Assembly (NCBI GenBank): GCA_041685045.1
Contig: JAWLGP010000004.1
Span: forward strand, 114,065-178,064
Reading direction: 5' to 3'
Length of the DNA: 64,000 nucleotides
From: Gammaproteobacteria bacterium
Lineage (GTDB): Bacteria; Pseudomonadota; Gammaproteobacteria; Thiohalomonadales; Thiohalomonadaceae
The translations under genes were made by a program, and so were the position numbers. Under the pieces are notes generated by a model that saw only the letters and a list, made by a program, of their open reading frames with translations, had not been told where the DNA came from and ran no database searches. This document shows positions 29,696 through 39,242 of the stretch, piece by piece. Every line of letters begins with the position of its first letter. Within the stretch, counting starts at the first letter, position 1.

Positions 29696-30277
29696 ATGAA
29701 GATCACGCCGCATCTCGATCAGGCCGTGCTCAAAGGGCCGGCCAAACCCGAAAAGAAGGCAAACCTTGAAACGCCGACGCCAACGCCCCCGTCGGTCAGT
29801 GCGGAGATCTCCGACGAGGCTCGGGAGAAGGCACTGACAGCCAGCGGCAAGAACGCGGCCTCGCCAGCCCACCGCGCCCGGGAAATGTTGTCCAGCTACG
29901 AAAACCTGGGGCACCAGCACTTTGGCCGACTGGTCTCCAGCATCGCCAGAGGCGAGGCGATTGCTGCTCCCAACGACGCACCGGCCCCAACCTCGCCGGA
30001 AGATCCGCCGGCCGTCCCTGCCGAGCCCGTGCCCGCGGACGTCGGGGTTGCCGACGAGTCGGTGCTGGAAACAACCGAAGATGAAAATCCGGTGGTTCCC
30101 GGCGCCGCCGACAGCGAAGCCTCCCCGTTTTCCGATGCGCCCTCGGAGCACACTGCGCCCATAGACCCGCAGGCCGCCATGCCGGAGACTTCGCTCCCGG
30201 AGACCGGGAGCCCTGGCGAACCAACGCTGACGGAGACGACAGACAGCGGTTCGGAAGAAGAAACCATCGTCGCATAG
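29696..30277 (+). CDS. Hypothetical acidic, Pro/Ala/Glu-rich (likely disordered) protein
   Basis: 193 aa. The plus frame has sensible composition, whereas the overlapping 293-aa minus ORF is Arg/Gly junk. A strong hairpin follows the stop. No clear RBS. Confidence 0.5.
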   Translation: MKITPHLDQAVLKGPAKPEKKANLETPTPTPPSVSAEISDEAREKALTASGKNAASPAHRAREMLSSYENLGHQHFGRLVSSIARGEAIAAPNDAPAPTSPEDPPAVPAEPVPADVGVADESVLETTEDENPVVPGAADSEASPFSDAPSEHTAPIDPQAAMPETSLPETGSPGEPTLTETTDSGSEEETIVA

Positions 30278-30297
30278 CCCCTTCGACGCGCCTGTCG

Positions 30298-30329
30298 CGA
30301 AGAAACCCCGCCTCCGAGGGGTTTCTTCG
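30298..30329 (+). terminator. 12-bp stem hairpin after 29696-30277
   Basis: CGAAGAAACCCC (30298-30309) pairs with GGGGTTTCTTCG (30318-30329). The loop is GCCTCCGA and the T tract is weak. Confidence 0.6.
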
Positions 30330-30540
30330 TTGCCGGTCACCGTCAGGTATCCGAAACCGTCAATTCGGGCCTGTATCTCCTTGCATCTGGCGCCACAACG
30401 TTTCGAACCGTTCCACCGCCTCCGGATCCCGCTGCTTCTGTGACCAGACGTGCTTACCAGTTCCTTTTTGGGCCAACACATATTCGAACCGTGCATCGTC
30501 CCCCTTGTTACTGCTGCTTGGACAGACAGGAAGGCGATGG

Positions 30541-31803
30541 CTAGGCCGATCGCTCCTCCGAAACCGTGATTGGATCCGAGGTCGCCCGCTCCCGGCGTGC
30601 GAGGAGTACGAATGGCAGCGCCAGGAGCGAAACACCGGCGCCGACTACGTATGAAATCGAGTAACTCCAGACGTCGGCCACCCGACCGAGCGCCGGCTGG
30701 AGGACTACTCCACCGGAGGAACTGAGGAGATTATCGGACGACAGTACGGTCGCCCGCTCTTCCGAAGGGATCAGACCGTTGATGAACGCCTGCCTGACAG
30801 GGAAGCTGATCGCATCCACAATGGCCCACAGCGTCAGCAGTGCCAACGCGACCCAGAAAACCGGGGTCAAACCGATCAACGCCAGCGCGCCGGAGCCAGT
30901 GACATAGGCGGTAAGGACCAGCGTGGTTCTGCGCCGGAATGCCCGCCGCACATAGGGCACGACCAAGCCCCCCACGATCTGTGCGCCGGCAACGATCGCC
31001 GCCGCCAGCCCGGCGATGGCGTAAGACGTTTCCCGCCCGTAGAGGTCGAGCAGGTAGGGCTGCATTGCATAGAAGGCGTAGTAACCGACGCCGGCGACAA
31101 ACAGCTCCGCCAGCATCAGCCAGCGCACCGGCGGGTTGCGGAACCCGTGGTCCCATGAAGATCGGATGACGCCGCGCACCTCCGCCGACACAGCCACTCG
31201 GCTCCGTGGCGTGAATCCATAGTCATGCATCAAGACGTAGGCCACGACAAAGGTCAGACCGAGCATGCCGGCGCGTAACAGATACGGAATGCCCAGGTTG
31301 GTCAGCTGTGCGACCACGCCACCGATCACGGTTCCGGCCAGCATGGCGATGCCCCCGGCGATCTGCCCCTTGGCGAATGCGGCCTCGAGCGTCCCCTCGT
31401 AACGAGCGAACTTCAACCCGTCCACCAGCCACGCCTCGGTGGCTCCGCTGAAAAAGGTGAAACCGAGCCCCAACAAGACCGATACGACCGCCCATCCCCA
31501 GAACGGGCCTTCAATCTGCCAAAGCAGGAGATACAGCGCCGTCGTACCCAACAACGTGAGCGCCCCGAGCAAATAGGAGACTCGTCTGCCGAGCGTGTCG
31601 GCGAGGACACCGGTCGGCACCTCGAAGACGACCTGGCCAACGGTGAAGAAGGCGTTGACGGCAAAGGTCCCGGTGATGGACAAGCCCGCATCCAACAGGA
31701 ACAGCGTATTGATTCCCCAAATGAACGAGGAGGAAAACGTCGCGAGCACGGTGAGCGTAATGTAGGTCCGGAGGATCTGCCCAGCGGTGACTGTCATCTC
31801 CAA
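30541..31803 (-). CDS. MFS transporter
   Basis: 420 aa with about 12 hydrophobic segments. The loop motif GVLADTLGRR lies between TM2 and TM3. Confidence 0.85.
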   Translation of the reverse strand: MEMTVTAGQILRTYITLTVLATFSSSFIWGINTLFLLDAGLSITGTFAVNAFFTVGQVVFEVPTGVLADTLGRRVSYLLGALTLLGTTALYLLLWQIEGPFWGWAVVSVLLGLGFTFFSGATEAWLVDGLKFARYEGTLEAAFAKGQIAGGIAMLAGTVIGGVVAQLTNLGIPYLLRAGMLGLTFVVAYVLMHDYGFTPRSRVAVSAEVRGVIRSSWDHGFRNPPVRWLMLAELFVAGVGYYAFYAMQPYLLDLYGRETSYAIAGLAAAIVAGAQIVGGLVVPYVRRAFRRRTTLVLTAYVTGSGALALIGLTPVFWVALALLTLWAIVDAISFPVRQAFINGLIPSEERATVLSSDNLLSSSGGVVLQPALGRVADVWSYSISYVVGAGVSLLALPFVLLARRERATSDPITVSEERSA

Positions 31804-32177
31804 CCCGAGGGCCGAGGGTTACCCGTGGAGTCTGGCATGGACCGGGCGCACCGCATTAGGACCGGTATGCGGCCGGGGCAAGCGGCATGGTCTTCAATCG
31901 GTGCCATAGGAGCCACTGTAGGTCGGGTTCTGGCGGGCCTGCTCGCGACGCACCCAAGCCTGAATCGCGCCCTCGACCTTTAGCCGCCGTAAGACCGCGG
32001 CCGCCAGGTCGAGCCCGTCCGAAGACCCGCGCCGCAGCGGCAACGAGCACCGCCTCATGCGCTCCATTCATGCTCTCACCCGTCGCGTCCCTCCCGGGAT
32101 AGCGCCGCCATCACCCGACGGCCGGCGTGGACTAATATCTCTTCTACATACCATCGCTGGACGCGAGGGCTTCTGTT

Positions 32178-34415
32178 GTGCCTGATCCAGGGTCCGTGTT
32201 CATTATCGACGATGACGCAGGCAGCGCCAGCGCGCTGAATGCGCTCCTGAAGAAAGATGGATACACGGTCAAAAGGGTAGCCAGCGGCACCAACGTTCTC
32301 GACGCCATCCCCGCCGCCGGTTCCAACCTCGTACTCTTGAATGCCCATCTGGCGGACACGAATCCGTTCGAGTTACTCACCGATCTGAAAGCAAACCGGC
32401 AGACCCGGGACCTGCCGGTGATTTTCGTGACGACCGCTGACGACGCCGAGACCCGGGTCAAAGGGCTCCTGTCCGGCGATGACTTGATCCTGGCCCCTTT
32501 CGAAGAGCGCGAAGTCCTGGCCCGGATCGAGCGCCAGGTGACGGTCTCCAAGGTCCGCATGGCGCTGCGCGAATCGGAAGCGAAGTTTCGCTCGGTCATG
32601 GAGTCAGCAATCGATGCCATCATTTCCGGCGATGCGGAAGGCAAGATCCGCTCCTGGAACACGGCGGCAACTGCGTTGTTCGGGTTCACCGAAGCCGAGA
32701 TGCTTGGACAACCCATAGAGGCGATCATCCCCGAGCGCTACCGCCAGCGACATCAGGACGGTATTCGCCGGGTCAGCTCGGGCGGCCCCAGTCACGTCAT
32801 CGGCAAGACCGTCGAGTTGGCTGCGCTGCGCAAGAATGGCAGCGAGTTCCCGGTCGAGCTGTCACTGGCCACCTGGTTCCTCGACGACAGGCGCTATTAC
32901 ACCGGCATCATCCGTGACATCAGCGAGCGCAAACAGGCGGAACAAAAATTCCGCTCGGTCACCGAGTCGGCCATCGACGCCATCATTTCGGCGGACCACA
33001 CCGGCGTAATCGTCAGCTGGAACAAGGCGGCGACCCGGATTTTGGGGTTCACCGAAGACGAGGTGATCGGGCAGCCGCTCGAGATCATCATTCCCGATCG
33101 TTTCCACGAGGCGCACCGCAACGGCATGGCGCGCTTCACGAGAACCGCCGAGGCCCATGCCATCGGCAAGACAGTGGAGCTGGCGGCTCGCACCAGAAGT
33201 GGCGAAGAGGTGCCCATCGAGCTTTCGCTCTCGACATGGACCGTGCGTGACGAACGCTACTACACCGGCATCATCCGCGACATCGGCGAGCGCAAGCGTG
33301 CGGAGGAGGCACTTCGCCAGAGCGAGCAGGCCTTGCGGGAAAAAACCGAAGAGATGCAAAAGAAAAACAAAGTGCTGGAAGAGACCTTGCACCAGCTCAA
33401 CGAGATGCACAATCAGCTCATCATTCAGGAGAAGATGGCCTCACTGGGCAAACTCAGCGCCGGCATGGCCCACGAGCTGAACAACCCCGCCTCCGCCGCC
33501 CAGCGTAGCGCCGCCCAGTTGCAGAGCACGTTCTCCAACTGGCAGACCATTCAGCTGCGAATGGGCGAGGCTTCTCTCGACGAGAAACAGGTTGCGAAGG
33601 TATTGGAACTCGATCAGGTCGCGAAGCAGCGGGCCCGGCAACCCGTCGAGTTGAATGCCCTGACTCGTAGCGATCGCGAGGCGGCCCTGGAACAGTGGCT
33701 GAATGGACAAGGCGTCGATACCGGCGTCGATGCTGGCGGCGACCTCGTGCCGGACCTCGTCAGCTTCGGTTACGACCAAAGCGACCTCAAGGAACTGGCC
33801 GCGGTCTTCACAGGACCCCAATTCGCCATCATCATCGACTGGCTCAGTTTCAAGTTCTCGATCTACAGCCTGGTTCGGGAGATCGGTCTCTCGACCGGCC
33901 GCATCGTCGAATTGGTCAAGGCGCTCAAGACCTATACCTATATGGATCAGGCGCCGGTGCAGTCGGTGGACCTGCGTGAGGGCCTGGACAACACGCTGAT
34001 TATCCTGCACAACAAATTGAAAGGGGGGGTGACGGTGGTTCGGGAGTACGCCGATGACCTGCCGGTCATCCAGGCCTATGCGGGTGAGTTGAATCAGGTC
34101 TGGACCAACATCATCGACAACGCCATCGACGCCATGCACGGCGAAGGCACGCTGATCGTCCGGGCACGCCGCCAGGCCCCGTGGGTGGTGGTCGAGATCG
34201 AGGATAACGGGCCGGGCATCCCCCAGGAGATTCAGTCAAAGATTTTCGATCCCTTCTTCACCACCAAGGGACCCGGCAAAGGTACGGGCCTGGGGCTCAA
34301 TATCAGCCGCAATCTGGTTGTACAGAAACATCACGGACAGATGTCGGTCAGGTCGGAGCCGGGCAGCACCTGCTTTTCGGTTCGGTTGCCGACGGACTTC
34401 CGACCACCTGAATGA
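32178..34415 (+). CDS. Sensor histidine kinase: degenerate receiver, two PAS domains, HisKA, HATPase
   Basis: The N-terminal REC-like fold has Asn at the acceptor position (NLVLLN) and Ala for the conserved Lys (LILAPF). Two PAS repeats follow (...YYTGIIRDISERK / YYTGIIRDIGERK), then the H-box MAHELNNP and the G-boxes DNGPGI and GTGLGL. Confidence 0.85.
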   Translation: MPDPGSVFIIDDDAGSASALNALLKKDGYTVKRVASGTNVLDAIPAAGSNLVLLNAHLADTNPFELLTDLKANRQTRDLPVIFVTTADDAETRVKGLLSGDDLILAPFEEREVLARIERQVTVSKVRMALRESEAKFRSVMESAIDAIISGDAEGKIRSWNTAATALFGFTEAEMLGQPIEAIIPERYRQRHQDGIRRVSSGGPSHVIGKTVELAALRKNGSEFPVELSLATWFLDDRRYYTGIIRDISERKQAEQKFRSVTESAIDAIISADHTGVIVSWNKAATRILGFTEDEVIGQPLEIIIPDRFHEAHRNGMARFTRTAEAHAIGKTVELAARTRSGEEVPIELSLSTWTVRDERYYTGIIRDIGERKRAEEALRQSEQALREKTEEMQKKNKVLEETLHQLNEMHNQLIIQEKMASLGKLSAGMAHELNNPASAAQRSAAQLQSTFSNWQTIQLRMGEASLDEKQVAKVLELDQVAKQRARQPVELNALTRSDREAALEQWLNGQGVDTGVDAGGDLVPDLVSFGYDQSDLKELAAVFTGPQFAIIIDWLSFKFSIYSLVREIGLSTGRIVELVKALKTYTYMDQAPVQSVDLREGLDNTLIILHNKLKGGVTVVREYADDLPVIQAYAGELNQVWTNIIDNAIDAMHGEGTLIVRARRQAPWVVVEIEDNGPGIPQEIQSKIFDPFFTTKGPGKGTGLGLNISRNLVVQKHHGQMSVRSEPGSTCFSVRLPTDFRPPE

Positions 34416-34444
34416 TTTCGGAAGGAAAGGGAGACAGGTGAACA

Positions 34445-36106
34445 ATGGCCAAGCCCATCATCATGACCATCGATGACGAGCCACACGTGCTCAATGCCAT
34501 CGCCAGGGATCTGCAGGCGCACTATCGAAACGATTACCGGATTGTGAAGGCCGCATCGGGAGAGGAAGCGCTGGCAACAGTGCAGGAATTCAAGCGGCGC
34601 AATGACCCTGTCGCCCTCTTCCTGGTCGACCAGCGAATGCCCGCGATGAGTGGCGTCGAGTTTCTGAAAGAGGCGATCAAGCTCTACCCGGATACCAAGC
34701 GTGCCCTGCTCACCGCCTACGCCGACACGGACGCGGCGATCGCCAGCATCAACGCCATCAATCTCGATTACTACCTCATGAAGCCGTGGGATCCACCGGA
34801 TGAGCGGCTTTACCCCGTTCTGGATGACCTGCTGAGCGATTGGCTCGCCGGCGCACCGGTGCCCTACGACGGTATCCGGGTGGCCGGAACCCTGTGGTCC
34901 GCCAGTGCACACTATGTCAAAGAGTTCCTCGCCCGCTGCCAGATACCCTATCAATGGCTGGACATCGAGAAGGATCAGGCAGCAAGAGAGCTGGTCGAAG
35001 CAAGCGCCGACGGTCGGCCCCGGTTGCCGATGCTGTTTTTCCCGGACGGGAGCACCCTGGCCGATCCGGACCTCGTCACCCTGGCGGCCAAGGTGGGCAT
35101 GTCGACCCACGCCAAGCAGCCCTTTTACGATCTCATCATCATCGGTGCGGGGCCTGCGGGTCTGGCCGCGGCGGTTTACGGCGCCTCGGAGGGGTTGAAA
35201 ACGATTGTCATCGAGAAGGAAGCAGCCGGGGGACAGGCCGGTACCAGCTCGCGCATCGAAAACTACCTCGGCTTTCCGCAGGGGATCGCCGGCGCGGACC
35301 TGACGCGGCGCGCAACCACCCAGGCGCAGCGCCTCGGCGCCGAGATCGTTACCGCCCAGGCGGTGACCGGGTTGCGGCTTGAAGATCCATATCGAATCGT
35401 GACACTCAGCGATGGCACCAAACTGAGCTGTCAGGCCCTGGTGATCGCGACCGGGGTCGAGGTGCGCAAACTCGATGTGCCGGGGATCGAACCGTTCGTC
35501 GGCGGATCGGTCTACTACGGGGCCGCCGCCTCCGAAGCCGCCAACTACAAGGGCAAGCGGGTTTACGTGATCGGCGGCGCCAATTCCGCCGGCCAGGGCG
35601 CCATGTTTCTGTCGCGGTTCGCCAGCGAAGTCGTGATGCTCTTCCGCGGCGATTCGCTCCAGCGCAGCATGTCGCAATACCTTATCGACCAGATCGGCGC
35701 GACACAGAACATCAAGGTCATGCTGAACACCGAGGTGACGGCGGTCGACGGCGACGGACACCTCGAATCGATAACCATCCGGAACAATCCGGGCGGTGAA
35801 AGCGACACGGTGCCGGCTGATGCCCTCTTCATCTTCATCGGTGCCATCCCGAGTACCGGCGTGGTGGCGGATCTGGTCGAGCGTGACGATGCCGGGTTCA
35901 TCTACACCGGCCAGGACCTGATCCGGGACGGTCGTCGCCCCAGGCACTGGAAGCCGAAGCGTGATCCCATGCTGCTGGAAACCAGCGTACCCGGAATCTT
36001 TGCTGCGGGTGACGTGCGCCATGGTGTGATCCGGCGCGTGGCATCCGCCGTTGGCCAGGGCGCGGTGGCGGTGAGCCTCATCCACAAATACCTGGAGACT
36101 GTCTGA
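34445..36106 (+). CDS. Response-regulator receiver fused to a thioredoxin-fold domain and a thioredoxin-reductase-like flavoprotein
   Basis: Intact REC (LFLVDQRMP, LLTAYAD, LMKPW). A Grx/Trx-like segment has no CxxC. FAD/NAD folds GAGPAGLAAA and VIGGANSAGQGA are present. The TrxR CATC redox site is replaced by GAAAS. Confidence 0.85.
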   Translation: MAKPIIMTIDDEPHVLNAIARDLQAHYRNDYRIVKAASGEEALATVQEFKRRNDPVALFLVDQRMPAMSGVEFLKEAIKLYPDTKRALLTAYADTDAAIASINAINLDYYLMKPWDPPDERLYPVLDDLLSDWLAGAPVPYDGIRVAGTLWSASAHYVKEFLARCQIPYQWLDIEKDQAARELVEASADGRPRLPMLFFPDGSTLADPDLVTLAAKVGMSTHAKQPFYDLIIIGAGPAGLAAAVYGASEGLKTIVIEKEAAGGQAGTSSRIENYLGFPQGIAGADLTRRATTQAQRLGAEIVTAQAVTGLRLEDPYRIVTLSDGTKLSCQALVIATGVEVRKLDVPGIEPFVGGSVYYGAAASEAANYKGKRVYVIGGANSAGQGAMFLSRFASEVVMLFRGDSLQRSMSQYLIDQIGATQNIKVMLNTEVTAVDGDGHLESITIRNNPGGESDTVPADALFIFIGAIPSTGVVADLVERDDAGFIYTGQDLIRDGRRPRHWKPKRDPMLLETSVPGIFAAGDVRHGVIRRVASAVGQGAVAVSLIHKYLETV

Positions 36107-36213
36107 GCCGGTGACCCAGCTCCGCCTTCCCCGCGGACAGTAGCTACAAGGCAACGCCGTTCACGCTCGCACGGCGTTTGCCGTGCAGCAGCAAAGTTCG
36201 TTATCTTGCTGCC

Positions 36214-38490
36214 ATGCCGTTTTATCGTCTTCTCTCCGCGGTCGCTACCGAGTTCCGCGGGCCGTTTTCAGCTGCGTATGCCCCACCCGACTCTGCTGAG
36301 CGTGCCAGCGGGCCGCTGTGGCTGCCACTTCTCGCCCCGCAGCGCGTATTGCTGGTCGGGGTCTTGACGGCACTCCTGTTGGTGGTCGCCGACACCCTCG
36401 TGCTGTTGAAACTGCCGTATTTCGGAATAACTTTCGCATCTACACCGCAAGGGCTGCGGATCGCGGAAAGTCACCGCCCCGAAGCCGGCCAGGCGGTAGG
36501 CAAAGGCGTCGTCGCAATCACCAATACCACCGGCACTTTTCTGCCGATCGACGATTTCAACCCCCATGTCGAGCCGCACACGCTACCGGATTTTGCCGCT
36601 TACAATGCGTATCTCGCCCGGCATGGCGAAATTCAGCGTATCCTCGACGGCCCCGATCCGGAGCTTCTTCTTGCCGACGGCAGCCGTCTCAAGGCCTTTC
36701 AGGAGGGGCTGCGCAAGGTAGCCAGCCTGCCATTGGACTACTGGCTGTTCCACCTCTTTGGCCTCATAGCGCTCGTCATCAGCCTCGGCGTTTGGAGTTT
36801 TCGTCGGGGCGAAGCCGCCACCCGCCTGCTCGCGCTTTCCGGAATTGGCTTTTTTGCCGCCACTTTGACCAACGCCTTTTTCCTGGCGCGGGAATTGGTT
36901 CTGCCACAGCCGTTGCTGCACGGATTGGCGATCGCAAATCATGTGGCGCTCTATTTGATGATTTGGGCGCTGGTCTCGATTCTCTGTTACTACCCGCGCC
37001 GCCTGATCCCAAGCTGGGTCCCCCTGCTCTTCGGCCTGCTGATGGCGTTGAACCTCATTGGTGAATCCCAACAGCTTTGGCAGTGGCCGGTTCACACCTT
37101 TTACATGCCGGTCGTGTTCTATTGGCTGTTCGGTGTCAGCCTGGCCGTAATCCAGTGGCGTGGCGCACGCAACCATCCCCTGGAGCGTGCCGCCTTCAAG
37201 TGGTTCATCCTGTCCATCGCCTTGAGTACCGGCCTGAGCGTGGCCGTCTACTTCGCCCCGCTGCTGTTTGACGATCGGCCGTTGCTCAGCAACAGCGCCC
37301 AGGTGGGTTTTGCCTCGACCCTCTACCTCGGGCTGGCGTTGGGTATTCTCCGGTTCCGCCTGTTTGAGCTCGAGCGCTGGTGGTTCGAGTCATGGCTGTG
37401 GCTGCTGGGCGGTGTGGCGGTGGTGGTTGTCGATGCCGCCGTCGCCTTCCTGCTGGGAGTAAAACCCCTGATGGCGGTTGGCGTGGCATTGCTGCTCGTC
37501 GGCTGGTTTTACTTTCCCCTGCGCCAGTGGGCCTGGCGTCAGTTTACCGATCGTGGACAGCACTCGGCCGAGCATCTGTTGCCGGAGGTGGTGGAGGCGC
37601 TGTTCAGTGACAGCGGCAGCAATGTCGACCGCCAATGGCAAGCCCTCTTGGAGCGTGTTTTTCGGCCCTTGGCCGTGGGTTCGGTGGAAGTGGATATTGC
37701 TGCCCCGTGCGTCACCGAGCACGGATCGCGGCTGTTGGCTCCCCGCCTTTCCGGCGATGGTGCGTTGGAACTGGTCTTTGCCCACCAGGGCAATCGACTC
37801 TTCGGCCCCCGTGACCTGCAACTGGCAGCGGTTATGCATCGCATTGCCCGCCGGGCCATCGAGGCACGCCAGGCACAGGAAGCAGGTGCGCGCGCCGAAC
37901 GCAAGCGCATAATCCGCGACCTGCATGATGACGTCGGCGCCCGAATATTGACTCTCGTCCACCGGGCGGAGAGCGACGATAATGCCGAGCTCGCCCGTGC
38001 CGCCCTGGTCGCCTTGCGGGAATCGCTGCATACGCTGGACGACAGAGTGCACGCCGATTTGGGTGATCAGCTGGAGGAGTGGCAAGCAGAGTTGCGCGAG
38101 CGCCTGAGAGGGTATCCGTGCAAACTGGAGTGGCACCAGGCGACTGTGGAGCCCGGCGTACGGCTGACACCCCGCCAGCAGGTCAACCTCAAACGCATCA
38201 TTGACGAAGCCGTCAGTAATACCGTCAAACATGCCCAGGCGTCACGCATAGTGATCCGTCTCGTTCTGGAGCGGCCGCACCTACGGGTCTGCATCGAAAA
38301 CGATGGGCTCGACGCCACAACCGCCGAAAGTGCCATCGGCACCGGCCGCGGGTTGGCCAATATACGAACCCGTGCGGAAGAGCTGCACGGCCAAGCCAAT
38401 TTTCGGCGGAAAGGCCACCGGTTTCAGGTCGAGCTATCAGCCTTGGTGGGTGATGACTTGTTCGTGACCGGCGAGTGTCCCGTAACATGA
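36214..38490 (+). CDS. Multi-TM sensor histidine kinase, HisKA_3 (NarX/DesK-type)
   Basis: ATG 36214. About 8 TM segments, the H-box RDLHDDVGARI, and an HATPase region (NTVKHA..., GTGRGLANIRTRA). Confidence 0.8.
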   Translation: MPFYRLLSAVATEFRGPFSAAYAPPDSAERASGPLWLPLLAPQRVLLVGVLTALLLVVADTLVLLKLPYFGITFASTPQGLRIAESHRPEAGQAVGKGVVAITNTTGTFLPIDDFNPHVEPHTLPDFAAYNAYLARHGEIQRILDGPDPELLLADGSRLKAFQEGLRKVASLPLDYWLFHLFGLIALVISLGVWSFRRGEAATRLLALSGIGFFAATLTNAFFLARELVLPQPLLHGLAIANHVALYLMIWALVSILCYYPRRLIPSWVPLLFGLLMALNLIGESQQLWQWPVHTFYMPVVFYWLFGVSLAVIQWRGARNHPLERAAFKWFILSIALSTGLSVAVYFAPLLFDDRPLLSNSAQVGFASTLYLGLALGILRFRLFELERWWFESWLWLLGGVAVVVVDAAVAFLLGVKPLMAVGVALLLVGWFYFPLRQWAWRQFTDRGQHSAEHLLPEVVEALFSDSGSNVDRQWQALLERVFRPLAVGSVEVDIAAPCVTEHGSRLLAPRLSGDGALELVFAHQGNRLFGPRDLQLAAVMHRIARRAIEARQAQEAGARAERKRIIRDLHDDVGARILTLVHRAESDDNAELARAALVALRESLHTLDDRVHADLGDQLEEWQAELRERLRGYPCKLEWHQATVEPGVRLTPRQQVNLKRIIDEAVSNTVKHAQASRIVIRLVLERPHLRVCIENDGLDATTAESAIGTGRGLANIRTRAEELHGQANFRRKGHRFQVELSALVGDDLFVTGECPVT

Positions 38491-38541
38491 CGCGGGCGCC
38501 ATTATTCATCGCAGCGTATTGCTGCTCAGGAGGAGGATTTC

Positions 38542-39201
38542 ATGCCTATGCGCACGGTTCTGGTTGTGGAGGATCACAGCGATACCCGTCGCTGGTTGGC
38601 CGGATTGGTCACGGAAGCATTCAGTGATCTGCAAATCACGGAAGCGACCACCTTCGACCAGGCGCAGAACCATTTGGCGAGGGGAAGGTTCGATTTGGTT
38701 TTGCTGGATATCGGGCTTCCGGACGGTTCCGGACTCGACCTGGTCGGACCGGTGCTGGCGGAGAACCCAAAGGCCATCTGCATCATGACCACCATCTATG
38801 ACGATGATGATCACGTGTTCTCTGCCCTGCGTGCCGGCGCCCACGGCTACCTGTTGAAGGAACAACCCCGTGACCGCTTGCTGGAGCAGCTACGCAACAT
38901 CGATCGCGGTGATCCGCCGCTGACTGCCTCCATCGCCCGCCGCATTCTGCGACACTTTCGTGATGACCAAGCGGTCGAGGAGCCGAGTGAACCGCTCGTT
39001 GCGCTCACCAAGCGGGAGCAGGACGTACTCAGCCTCCTTGCACGCGGCTACACCCGCAACGAGATCGCTACCGCCCTTGGGGTCACGCCCAACACCGCCG
39101 CCGGCCATTTAAAGTCCGTTTACCGCAAACTGCAGGTCTCGGGAAGGGCCGAGGCGACTCTGGAAGCGGTGCGACTAGGGGTCGTAAAGGTCGGTAACTG
39201 A
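38542..39201 (+). CDS. NarL/FixJ-family response regulator (REC + LuxR HTH)
   Basis: VLVVEDHSD, LVLLDIGLPDGSG, and the C-terminal TKREQDVLSLLARGYTRNEIA. Confidence 0.9.
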   Translation: MPMRTVLVVEDHSDTRRWLAGLVTEAFSDLQITEATTFDQAQNHLARGRFDLVLLDIGLPDGSGLDLVGPVLAENPKAICIMTTIYDDDDHVFSALRAGAHGYLLKEQPRDRLLEQLRNIDRGDPPLTASIARRILRHFRDDQAVEEPSEPLVALTKREQDVLSLLARGYTRNEIATALGVTPNTAAGHLKSVYRKLQVSGRAEATLEAVRLGVVKVGN

Positions 39202-39242
39202 CCCGGCCGCCTATCGTTGGCGTCACCGCAAACTGCCCCGGC

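Noticed and set aside
29615-30496. 293-aa minus-strand ORF overlapping the acidic-protein gene
   Set aside because: It is Arg/Gly-rich junk composition. The plus-strand frame has coherent composition and is followed by a strong hairpin.
30360-30540. Protein-like C-terminal peptide (…DDARFEYVLAQKGTGKHVWSQKQRDPEAVERFETLWRQMQ) in the frame of track ORF 30360-30635
   Set aside because: The only ATG lies inside the MFS gene. After the MFS stop there is no ATG and only a late GTG, and third-position GC is unremarkable. It may be a gene remnant and is not annotated.
34331-36154. Long antisense ORFs: this 607-aa one, plus 2190-4073, 8186-9274, 13797-15218, 15785-16780, 19578-20645, 53076-54518 and 60404-62089
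   Set aside because: Each lies opposite a gene with clear family motifs. They are Arg/Gly/Ala/Pro-rich with no recognisable motifs, which makes them stop-codon-poor shadow frames expected in high-GC genomes.
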